From positions 780,001 to 812,000 of the forward strand of contig CP149973.1 in assembly GCA_029269845.2 (NCBI GenBank): a stretch of 32,000 bases of DNA, read 5' to 3'. This document shows positions 19,004 to 26,177 of this stretch, piece by piece. Both the position numbers and the translations under genes were made by a program. This stretch comes from Opitutia bacterium KCR 482 (GTDB taxonomy: Bacteria; Verrucomicrobiota; Verrucomicrobiia; Opitutales; Intestinicryptomonadaceae). The notes beneath the pieces were generated by a model. That model did not search any database. It was not told the origin of the DNA and saw nothing but the letters and a program-made list of their open reading frames with translations. Numbering within the stretch: the stretch's first letter is position 1; each line of letters opens with the position of its first letter.

Positions 19004-19834
19004 ATGCACACTTTCGACAGAGAATTGATGAACACCCAGTTCCTAATCAGCATTGCGGGCGACGACTTCGAATACGCCCGCAGCGCGGCTCTCGACTGCT
19101 TCGCAGAAACCGAGGCGCTGGAACAGATTCTTAGCATGTACCAATTCGGCAGCGACGTTTCGTGCATAAATTCGTCGAACGTCGGCGACACCACGCCGAT
19201 TACGGAGGAAACCGCCCGCTGCCTGAACCTCGCGTTCGCGGCGTCGGCAATGAGCCGCGGGGCAATCGACGTCTGCATGGGCGAGTTTTTCCTCAAAGCA
19301 AAGCGCGGCCAAACCCTGCCCGCGCCCGAAACTCCGCGCCGCGGAAAATTCGAATTCGACGCCGCGCACTTTCTCGTCAAAAAAACTTCGGAGGGAAAAA
19401 TCGACCTCGGCGCGGTCGGCAAGGGCTTCGCCGTTGACGAGGCCGTCGAAAAGCTCGTGAATGTCTGGGAGATAAAAAGCGCGTTCCTGTCTTTCGGCGG
19501 GAGCAGCATCTACGCGTTCGGCAAAAACGGCGACGGCAAAGCGTGGGAAATAAACCTTTCGGACTCCGTGAAAATTCCCGTGGAAAATTTCGCGGTGGGA
19601 GCGTCGGGAACTTCGGTGCTCGGCGCGCACATAGTCGACGCCCGCACGGGCAAAGTGCCCGAAAACCAGCCGTTCAGAACGTGGGCGTTCTGCGCGAACG
19701 CGGCGATAGCCGACGCTATGTCTACGGCGTTCATGCTGCTCGACAAGTCCGAAATCGCCGAAATCTGCGTCGCCGAAAACATTTCGGCCGCGATACAGCA
19801 GACGCCGGAATCGGAAATAGAATTTATAGACTGA
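19004..19834 (+). CDS. apbE: FAD:protein FMN transferase (ApbE family)
   Basis: DLGAVGKGFAVD, SFGGSS, VGASGTS and ADAMSTAF are the ApbE motif series. Confidence 0.85.
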   Translation: MHTFDRELMNTQFLISIAGDDFEYARSAALDCFAETEALEQILSMYQFGSDVSCINSSNVGDTTPITEETARCLNLAFAASAMSRGAIDVCMGEFFLKAKRGQTLPAPETPRRGKFEFDAAHFLVKKTSEGKIDLGAVGKGFAVDEAVEKLVNVWEIKSAFLSFGGSSIYAFGKNGDGKAWEINLSDSVKIPVENFAVGASGTSVLGAHIVDARTGKVPENQPFRTWAFCANAAIADAMSTAFMLLDKSEIAEICVAENISAAIQQTPESEIEFID

Positions 19835-19837
19835 CGC

Positions 19838-20149
19838 TCAGTCAAAGTCGCCGAAAAGCGCAAGCCAAACGCTTCCCGCGGAAACCGCCGCCACCCTGTG
19901 GCGGACATGCCGCCGTATGACGAGCCACTCGCCCGCCGAAAGTTCGACGCGCCGCCCGTCCGCAAATTCGAGCGTCGCCGCGCCCGAAAGCAGCATGACA
20001 AACTCGTCTTCCGATTGGTCGTACCACTCTCCGTTTGTGTACGCCTCGGAGCGTATGCGCTCAACCCTAAACCCGCCGCGCCCGCGCAAAATGGTTTCGA
20101 CGGTTTCGGGAATTTCGGTTTTTGCAAATTTGAAAATATCGCGCTTCAT
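19838..20149 (-). CDS. Cupin domain protein
   Basis: Start at MKRDIFKF. DEFVMLLSGAATLEF...ELSAGEWLVIRRHVRHRV fits a cupin beta-barrel pattern. The longer track ORF would run through the HU terminator. Confidence 0.75.
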   Translation of the reverse strand: MKRDIFKFAKTEIPETVETILRGRGGFRVERIRSEAYTNGEWYDQSEDEFVMLLSGAATLEFADGRRVELSAGEWLVIRRHVRHRVAAVSAGSVWLALFGDFD

Positions 20150-20197
20150 ATGAAAAACGGTTGCGCCGCGCCTCCCGCGCCGACGCCCAAGGTCCAC

Positions 20198-20227
20198 AAA
20201 AAAGCCCCGCATTGTTGAATGCGGAGC
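20198..20227 (-). terminator. Rho-independent terminator of the HU gene
   Basis: Minus strand reads GCTCCGCATT-caac-AATGCGGGGC followed by TTTTTT. Confidence 0.75.
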
Positions 20228-20254
20228 ATTTTGAAATATCCTTGCGGATTGGGC

Positions 20255-20527
20255 TTATTTCGCCTTGAACGCCGCGCCGGGCTTGAATCTTACGACCTTG
20301 CTCGCCTTGACCTTGATCTTTTCGCGGGTTCTCGGATTGAAGCAGGTGCGAGCCTTGCGTTCAACAACGGAGAACGTGCCGAAGCCGATGAGCTGGAGCT
20401 TCTTGTTCTTCTTAACGCCCGCCTTGATGGCTTCGATAGTTGCGTTGAGAGCTTTTTCAGCGCAGGCTTTCGTGGCGTCTTTGCCGAGAATTTTCTGAAT
20501 TTCTTCGATGAGTTGCTGTTTGTTCAT
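20255..20527 (-). CDS. hup: HU family DNA-binding protein
   Basis: MNKQQLIEEI...IGFGTFSVVERKARTCFNPRTREKIKVKA is the canonical HU/IHF fold signature. 90 aa. Confidence 0.93.
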   Translation of the reverse strand: MNKQQLIEEIQKILGKDATKACAEKALNATIEAIKAGVKKNKKLQLIGFGTFSVVERKARTCFNPRTREKIKVKASKVVRFKPGAAFKAK

Positions 20528-20680
20528 ATCTTTTTTTGTTTGTGGTTTGAGATAAAAGTCTACCGAATAAACGTAGAAATATTGCCCAATATCAAGAGAC
20601 CCGCGCTCTCAAAGCTCCGTAAAAAAGCTTTCGCCTTTTTAAGCGGACTCTCGTCAAACTTGAACCCCTTAACGCCACCC

Positions 20681-20708
20681 AATGTAGGTATTCATTTTTA
20701 CAAGTCAA
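20681..20708 (-). promoter_or_regulatory. Candidate sigma70-type promoter for HU
   Basis: Minus strand reads TTGACT (20708-20703), a 16-nt spacer, then TACATT (20686-20681). This implies a 5' UTR of roughly 145 nt. Confidence 0.4.
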
Positions 20709-20820
20709 CATAAATTTCCGAAAAATGCGGCAAAAAGACGTCCGCAAACCCGCTCGGTGCAAAGGACGGCGGATATTTTGGAACGGGGCGGCGGAAAAAC
20801 TTACGAAATCCGCCGCGCCC

Positions 20821-22170
20821 CTACCACATGAATTCCCTCGCAGGTTTTTTGCCCACAAGCTCCATTTCGCCGCGTCCGCATGATGTCCGCGCCGAATATG
20901 CGGCGAGGGCAAGCGCCCAAAACCTGTCGGCGTGCCCGTCCGCGCTGCGCTCGGCGCGGAACACGACGCCCCCGCCCGACGCCTCCTTTTTCACCGCGTG
21001 GAGGTCGGCGGCGATTTCGAGGTCGTCGGGAATGCGGATTGTGCCGTTTTCGAAATGCGTGCGCAATGGGTAGGCAAGCTCCTCCTTGATTCCCCGCGTG
21101 AACGACACCCCCTCTATGCGCCCGCTCCCGTAGCGTTCGGCGGCGCGTTCGGCGAACTGGCGTCCGAGTCCGCTTCGGTCGATTGCCGCGCGGCGCAGGC
21201 GCGGAAGTTTAAGGTAGCCGTGCAAAACCGCCTCCTGCTCGGAAAACGGAGTGTCGCGGAATACCCTGACGTCGCGGGTGAAGAGCATTTCGCCGCATTT
21301 TTCGAGAAGCCAGAACACGGTTAGGTCGCGAGTGCGCCCGACGTCCACGCCAAGAAACAGCAGGCTGTCGGGCGAGAGCGTAGCGCGCCAGTTTGTGTCG
21401 GCGGAATAGGTGCAGCGGCGGATATTGTCGTAGTCGAGAAACGCGCCCTTTTCGTCGGCGGGGCAGCACATGTACTCCTGCATGAAGCTTTCGGTATCGG
21501 CGCAGGAGTTTTTTATGTAGTCGAAGTATGCGGCTTCGTCCATTTGCATTACCTCGCTGTCGGGCGGCAGCGACGCCTTGATTTTCCGCAGCAGCCCCTG
21601 TTCAAGCGCGTCTTGGAGCGTTATGCGGTGGAGCGAAATTTTCTTCGGGTTGCCGCCGTACCGCGCTTCGTCCACAAGGCGGCGGAAGAAGTTTTCGCCC
21701 CCGCGGTGCGTCGAGATTATTTGCAAGCTGCCGCCCCACGTTATGCCGGGGTAGGCGACGGCGTAGAGGCGTTCGGGGTCGGGGTGGAGGGCGAATTCGT
21801 CGAGCACGCGCGCGCCGCGCTTGCCCGCCTGCGCGTCGGGATTCGACGACAGCGACCATATCCGCGTGCCGTTCGAAAACCCCAACGAGCGCGAATCGGA
21901 GCCGTCCACGAGCGAGCCGCCCGACGTTTCGGAAACGGCGACGTCGAGTATTGCGGCGAATTTTTTGCAGTCGTCGATGAAGAGTTTTGCCTGCAATTCG
22001 TCGCGCGAGCTTACCCAAGAATCGTACTTTGCCGTCGGCAGACAGTGGCGGCGCACGAGTTCGTAGGCGGTCGTCCAGCTCATGCCGATTTGCCGCGACT
22101 TCTCCATGAGTTTTATCCGCGAGCGGTCGCGAATCCACGCGGTCTGGTACGGAAGAAAAAACGGCTCCAT
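20821..22170 (-). CDS. Phage terminase large subunit (Mu gp28-like)
   Basis: N-terminus LPYQTAWIRDRSRIKLMEKSRQIGMSWT (Walker A-like) and ARVLDEFA (Walker B). Nuclease-domain acidic motifs FLGVDVGRTRD, AIDRSGLG and GHADRFWA. Confidence 0.8.
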   Translation of the reverse strand: MEPFFLPYQTAWIRDRSRIKLMEKSRQIGMSWTTAYELVRRHCLPTAKYDSWVSSRDELQAKLFIDDCKKFAAILDVAVSETSGGSLVDGSDSRSLGFSNGTRIWSLSSNPDAQAGKRGARVLDEFALHPDPERLYAVAYPGITWGGSLQIISTHRGGENFFRRLVDEARYGGNPKKISLHRITLQDALEQGLLRKIKASLPPDSEVMQMDEAAYFDYIKNSCADTESFMQEYMCCPADEKGAFLDYDNIRRCTYSADTNWRATLSPDSLLFLGVDVGRTRDLTVFWLLEKCGEMLFTRDVRVFRDTPFSEQEAVLHGYLKLPRLRRAAIDRSGLGRQFAERAAERYGSGRIEGVSFTRGIKEELAYPLRTHFENGTIRIPDDLEIAADLHAVKKEASGGGVVFRAERSADGHADRFWALALAAYSARTSCGRGEMELVGKKPAREFMW

Positions 22171-22171
22171 G

Positions 22172-22570
22172 CTACATCATTTTCAGTTGCGACTCGATTT
22201 TCGAAAGCGTTTCCTCCGAAAGATCCGCCGACGGCTGCGGCGCGTTCTCCGCCCTCCCCGCGACTTTCGCCGATGCGAGTTTCTGGATTATCCCCGCGAC
22301 TGTGTTGAAGTCGGACACGCACAGTTCGGACGAGTTGCAAAGGGTGTCGAAGACTATCTCCCAAAGCAGCGCGATTGACGCGTCGCGGGCGTCGAGCGGC
22401 TCGTTCGGCGCGACGGCGTCCGCCTCCGCCTTGGCGCGGCGGATTCTTTCCAGATGCGCGGAGAAATCCGAAGCGGCGGCTTTCGGCAATGTTTTTTTTG
22501 TTGCGCGTTTTGTTGTTGCCGTCTTCTTTACGGCTTTCTTTGCGGCGGGTTTATCGAGGGTTTCTTCCAT
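22172..22570 (-). CDS. Putative terminase small subunit / phage hypothetical protein
   Basis: Sits immediately upstream of TerL. It has a lysine-rich N-terminus and helical C-terminus. Function is assigned by position only. An alternative start at 22591 would overlap the upstream gene. Confidence 0.5.
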   Translation of the reverse strand: MEETLDKPAAKKAVKKTATTKRATKKTLPKAAASDFSAHLERIRRAKAEADAVAPNEPLDARDASIALLWEIVFDTLCNSSELCVSDFNTVAGIIQKLASAKVAGRAENAPQPSADLSEETLSKIESQLKMM

Positions 22571-22571
22571 G

Positions 22572-22832
22572 CTAAAAATCCCCCGATTCAAGGTAGTCGC
22601 GCCCGTCGGGCGAGAGCTTCGCGCGAATGTGCGCCGCCGAAATTTTCGAGCGCGAAATCTCCACGAGGTTTTTTCCGCGCAAGTATTCGAGTACCGCCGC
22701 GATGTCGCCTTCCTCGAATTCGAAGCCCGCGAGTTTTGCGCCCGCCGAAAGGGTCGGCAACGGCAGGCTTGCGGGAGACGCGGCTTCGAGCTGCATCAGC
22801 AATGAGCGTCTGAACAGAAGTTCGTCGCGCAT
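22572..22832 (-). CDS. Small phage-module protein (possible winged-helix)
   Basis: 86-aa ORF, translationally packed between its neighbours. No family recognised. Confidence 0.55.
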   Translation of the reverse strand: MRDELLFRRSLLMQLEAASPASLPLPTLSAGAKLAGFEFEEGDIAAVLEYLRGKNLVEISRSKISAAHIRAKLSPDGRDYLESGDF

Positions 22833-22833
22833 C

Positions 22834-23241
22834 TCAGATTTCCCCCTTCATTTTCAAGACGATTCTGTCGGTCTTTGCCGAAAGTTCGGCTATGCGTTGT
22901 CCCGCTATTTGTGCCTGCGCGATGAGTGCGCTTATGTTTTGGGCGTTCTTGCCGACCAAGTCGCGCGTCTCCGAAAGGCTGCGGGCGTGCTGTTTTTGCA
23001 CGGCGCGGGTCTCCTCCCGAATTTCGGCACGCAGGGCGCGGAGGTCGCGCACAGCCTCGGAGATAGACTGCATTGTCTCCTCTTTGAGTTTATCCATTTG
23101 CGCGTGCGTTACGTATGTGAGTTTGGGGTCGGGTCGCTCCGAGTGTTGTTCCCTGATTTTTAAAATCATATAGTATGAGCCAAGCAGCGATGTCAGGGTT
23201 ATCATCGCGGTGCCGAGCATTGTTGCGTTTTCGGTATCCAT
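22834..23241 (-). CDS. N-terminally membrane-anchored coiled-coil phage protein (i-spanin-like or Mu gp25-like architecture)
   Basis: Start at MDTENATMLGTAMITLTSLLGSYYMIL (single TM) followed by heptad-rich helical sequence. The track's longer ORF extends into noncoding hairpin DNA. Confidence 0.6.
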   Translation of the reverse strand: MDTENATMLGTAMITLTSLLGSYYMILKIREQHSERPDPKLTYVTHAQMDKLKEETMQSISEAVRDLRALRAEIREETRAVQKQHARSLSETRDLVGKNAQNISALIAQAQIAGQRIAELSAKTDRIVLKMKGEI

Positions 23242-23305
23242 AACCCCACATTCTATTCCCTCCCCGCCAAAACTACAAAACAACTTTGGAAATTTTGGCA
23301 ATAAC

Positions 23306-23319
23306 AAGGCTGCAGCCTT
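23306..23319. repeat. Perfect 14-bp palindrome AAGGCTGCAGCCTT (copy 1 of the GGCTGCAGCC motif)
   Basis: Read directly from the sequence. The flanking 25-mer matches the copy at 23527 at 20 of 25 positions. Confidence 0.9.
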
Positions 23320-23523
23320 GACGGCAACAGAGGGGGCTTGCCGCCCCCAAAAGGCGGTTTTCGCTACCACGAAAACTCCCGCCTGTCCCCCCGCTGAACG
23401 CGAGCCGCGGACGCAAGGTGTGCCAGCCGTTGGAGCTTCGGGCGCAAGCCGCGCCGGTCGGGTCTTGGGGCTGCGCCCCCAGGGGTGGATTTCGCTTTGC
23501 GAAATTCACCACCCACTCCCCCC

Positions 23524-23539
23524 GCAGGCTGCAGCCTGC
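23524..23539. repeat. Perfect 16-bp palindrome GCAGGCTGCAGCCTGC (copy 2 of the GGCTGCAGCC motif)
   Basis: Read directly from the sequence. Lies 219 bp from copy 1. Confidence 0.9.
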
Positions 23540-23759
23540 ACGGCGTCGGAGCTTCGCTCCTTTCTGTGATAACTCGGCGCGGCTATAACCGCGCCTTTCC
23601 CCGATTAGTTCGTATTGCCTACGGCAATTACTGGCATCTGTACGCAAACCACGGTTTAGTTATTTGTTCTGTATACGACAATTTACTGATGTTGGGAATA
23701 GTGAACGCAAGAGAAGAAAGTATTTAAAATTGACGCGCGGGGAACTTGATGTACTGTGA

Positions 23760-24425
23760 ATGTGTATGAAAAAATTATCTGTGTGTTTATCAACCCTTGC
23801 GGCGGCACTCCTCTGCGCGTGCTCGACCTGCGAAGACAAAAACAACTGGCAACCGCTCTTCGGCGAAAATCTCGCGGAAGCCGACTACAACCCCGCGGTG
23901 TGGTCGCTCTCTCCCGACGGCGTTTTGAGCGCGGAAAAAGACGAAATCATTTTCTCGAAAAAAGATTGGGAAAATTTCGAGCTTGAACTCGAATTCAAAA
24001 TTTTCAAAGACTCCAACAGCGGAGTGGTCGTCTATTGCGGCGACACAAAAAAATGGATTCCAAACTCAATAGAAATTCAAATTGCCGACAACGCAAAATT
24101 CCCGAAACCGCGCACGACTTGCGGCTCGGTATACGGCTTCGTTCCCGCCGAATGGGATACATCGTTGCCGCTCGACACTTGGCATAAAATGAGAATACGC
24201 TGTCAGGGAAAAATCATAGACACTTGGCTCAACGGCAAACACGTCTCGCACATGGATATGTCGAAATGGACGGATAATAAAACAAACCCCGACGGCTCGC
24301 CAATTCCGCCGTGGCTCGCAAAAAATAAAAAAGCGGAAGCGCCGACAGTCGGCAAAGTCGGGCTCCAAGGCAAACACGGCGACGCCGGCATAAACTTCAA
24401 GAATGTGTTAATCCGCCCCCTTTAA
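23760..24425 (+). CDS. DUF1080 (3-keto-disaccharide hydrolase-like) domain protein, secreted
   Basis: Signal peptide MKKLSVCLSTLAAALLCAC, with the start at 23760 or 23766. WENFELELEFK...NSGV...EIQIADN...GSVYG...WHKMRIRCQG..IDTWLNG...GKVGLQGKHG...FKNVLIRPL is the DUF1080 pattern. Confidence 0.85.
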   Translation: MCMKKLSVCLSTLAAALLCACSTCEDKNNWQPLFGENLAEADYNPAVWSLSPDGVLSAEKDEIIFSKKDWENFELELEFKIFKDSNSGVVVYCGDTKKWIPNSIEIQIADNAKFPKPRTTCGSVYGFVPAEWDTSLPLDTWHKMRIRCQGKIIDTWLNGKHVSHMDMSKWTDNKTNPDGSPIPPWLAKNKKAEAPTVGKVGLQGKHGDAGINFKNVLIRPL

Positions 24426-24460
24426 GATAGATTGAAAAAATAGACGCGCCTTGCGCGGAT

Positions 24461-24502
24461 AAAAAAAGCGGAAATCCCGAAACATGGAATTTCCGCTTTT
24501 TT
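24461..24502. terminator. Rho-independent terminator after the DUF1080 gene
   Basis: AAAAAAAGCGGAAATCC-cgaaacat-GGAATTTCCGCTTTTTT. Confidence 0.8.
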
Positions 24503-24511
24503 GCAAACCCA

Positions 24512-24782
24512 ACTTTTATCCCAACGCAATCTAAAAATCTTCCGCGCTCCGCGCTGTAATTTTAGGGGCGTCAAAGTGCCGTTCAGGCGGTGGCTTTCAC
24601 GCACAGACAGGGCGCGTGGCGTACGCAGGAATCCGCAAACATTAGGCGGCTCACTAACCAAACAACTCCACTTTTCTCCCAGCGCAATCTAAAAATCTTC
24701 CGCGCCGTGCGCTGTAATTTTAGGCATGTCAAAGTGCTTTCATAAGGGTGGCTTTCCTGTACGCACAGGGCGCGTGGCGTAC
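24512..24782 (+). repeat. Tandem direct repeat (2 x ~113 nt, period 158 bp) in the serS leader
   Basis: Unit A is 24512-24624 and unit B is 24670-24782. The first ~55 nt differ at 5 positions and the second half is more diverged. Each unit contains a CTAAAAAT...GCGC-nnn-GCGC...AATTTTAG hairpin. Confidence 0.85.
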
Positions 24783-24896
24783 TTATCGTACGCGAGCGGT
24801 CTGGGCGTACAGGGAAACGCCCTTAGGGAAGTGCTTTCACATGCCGTGTATTTTTGGGTTGAAAATGGCCGCCCCTTGTTCATTATTTGCGCGATT

Positions 24897-26159
24897 ATGA
24901 TAGACGTAAAAATTCTCAGAGAACGTCCCGACTTCGTTAAGGAAAAAATCGCGCTCAAAAAATTCGATTGCGACATCGACGCAATTCTCGCTTTCGACGT
25001 CGAAAGACGCAAGGCTCTCGTGGCTTTCGAGGAAGCCCGCAACGCCCAAAATACCGCAAGCAAGGCAATGGCGGAGCTTCCGAAAGGCTCGCCCGAATTT
25101 AAGGAAAAAGTCGCCGAAATGAAATCGGTTTCGGCAAAGGTCAAGGAGCTTCAGGCTGTCTCCGACGAAATGGAGAAAAAATGGAAGTCGATGCTGCTTA
25201 CTATCCCGAATATTCCGGACGACTCCGTGCCCGTCGGCAAAAGCGACAAGGACAACGTTACGGTCTACACTTGGGGCGACATCGACAAAATCAAGAACGC
25301 AAAGCCCCACTGGGACTTGCCGTTCTTCGGCGAACTGCTCGACTTCCAGCGCGGCGTAAAAGTTACGGGCGCGGGCTTCCCGTTCTATGTGGGCGACATG
25401 GCGCGTCTTGTGCGCTCGCTGCTTGCGCTATTCCTCGACGAAGCGCGAAACAACGGCTACCGCGAGCTGATGTGCCCGATTATGGTAAACGCTGCGAGCG
25501 CGACCGCCACGGGCCAGCTGCCCGACAAGGAAGGGCAGATGTACCACGACGCGCAGGACGACTATTACATGATTCCGACCGCCGAAGTTCCCGTTACGAA
25601 TTTCTACCGCGACGAAGTTTTCGAAGAATCGCAACTGCCGATTTACGCGTGCGGATACACGCCGTGCTTCCGCCGCGAGGCGGGCAGCTGGGGCAAGGAC
25701 GTGCGCGGTCTCAACCGCCTGCACCAGTTCGACAAGGTTGAACTCGTAAAATGGGTGCACCCCGACCGCGGCATGGAAGAGCTTGAAAAGCTCCGCAAGG
25801 ACGCGGAGGGAATACTCCAAAAGCTCAACCTCCCATACCGCGTGCTCGCAATCTGCACGGGCGACATCGGCTTCCCGCACGCAAAGCAGTTCGACCTCGA
25901 AGTTTGGGCGGCGGGCCAGCAAAAATGGCTCGAAGTTTCAAGCTGCTCCTGCTTTACGGACTTTCAGGCGCGACGCGCAAACATACGCTTCAAGCCCGCC
26001 GACGGCGGCAAGCCGCGCAACGTCTACACGCTCAACGGGTCGGGGCTGGCGATTCCGCGAGTGCTCGCCGCGCTTCTTGAAAACAACGTGCGCGACGACG
26101 GCAAGGTCGAAATTCCCGAAGTGCTCCGCAAGTGGTACGGCGGCGAAACAATCGGATAA
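24897..26159 (+). CDS. serS: Seryl-tRNA synthetase
   Basis: Canonical N-terminus MIDVKILRERPDF, class II motif 2 FRREAGS and motif 3 GSGLAIPRVLAALLEN. The in-frame upstream ATG at 24726 lies inside the repeat and is rejected. Confidence 0.93.
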   Translation: MIDVKILRERPDFVKEKIALKKFDCDIDAILAFDVERRKALVAFEEARNAQNTASKAMAELPKGSPEFKEKVAEMKSVSAKVKELQAVSDEMEKKWKSMLLTIPNIPDDSVPVGKSDKDNVTVYTWGDIDKIKNAKPHWDLPFFGELLDFQRGVKVTGAGFPFYVGDMARLVRSLLALFLDEARNNGYRELMCPIMVNAASATATGQLPDKEGQMYHDAQDDYYMIPTAEVPVTNFYRDEVFEESQLPIYACGYTPCFRREAGSWGKDVRGLNRLHQFDKVELVKWVHPDRGMEELEKLRKDAEGILQKLNLPYRVLAICTGDIGFPHAKQFDLEVWAAGQQKWLEVSSCSCFTDFQARRANIRFKPADGGKPRNVYTLNGSGLAIPRVLAALLENNVRDDGKVEIPEVLRKWYGGETIG

Positions 26160-26177
26160 TAACGCATACGGCTCGAA

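Larger units (their letters stand above)
20821..23241 (-). mobile_element. Prophage remnant: orphan phage DNA-packaging module (4 tightly packed genes)
   Basis: A large terminase is preceded by three small genes joined by stop-1nt-start junctions (TAGcATG twice, TGAgATG once). No portal, capsid, tail or integrase genes are in the window. Confidence 0.65.
23300..23640. other. Hairpin-dense noncoding region (candidate structured RNA or protein-binding array)
   Basis: At least 8 GC-rich stem-loops within about 340 bp and no credible ORF. Details are in the findings. Confidence 0.35.

Noticed and set aside
23300-23640. Possible tmRNA, RNase P RNA, SRP RNA, retron msr-msd or group II intron domain V next to the phage remnant
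   Set aside because: I could not find their hallmark sequences: a tRNA-like 3' end or tag ORF, GGAAAGUCCGG, the SRP helix-8 motif, an adjacent reverse transcriptase, or the domain V consensus. The region stays unclassified rather than assigned.
23210-23647. Track ORFs of 119 aa (plus strand) and 124 aa (minus strand) in the hairpin-dense region
   Set aside because: The translations are R/G/A/P/C low-complexity strings produced by GC-rich palindromes. They have no start context and no homology that I recognise.
24512-24782. Possible CRISPR array
   Set aside because: There are only two long (~113 nt) diverged units with internal hairpins, no short repeat/spacer periodicity, and no cas genes.
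24726-24896. In-frame upstream ATG that would add 57 aa to SerRS
   Set aside because: The extension lies within the repeated, hairpin-forming leader. The equivalent position in repeat unit A has no ATG, and MIDVKILRERPDF is the canonical SerRS N-terminus.
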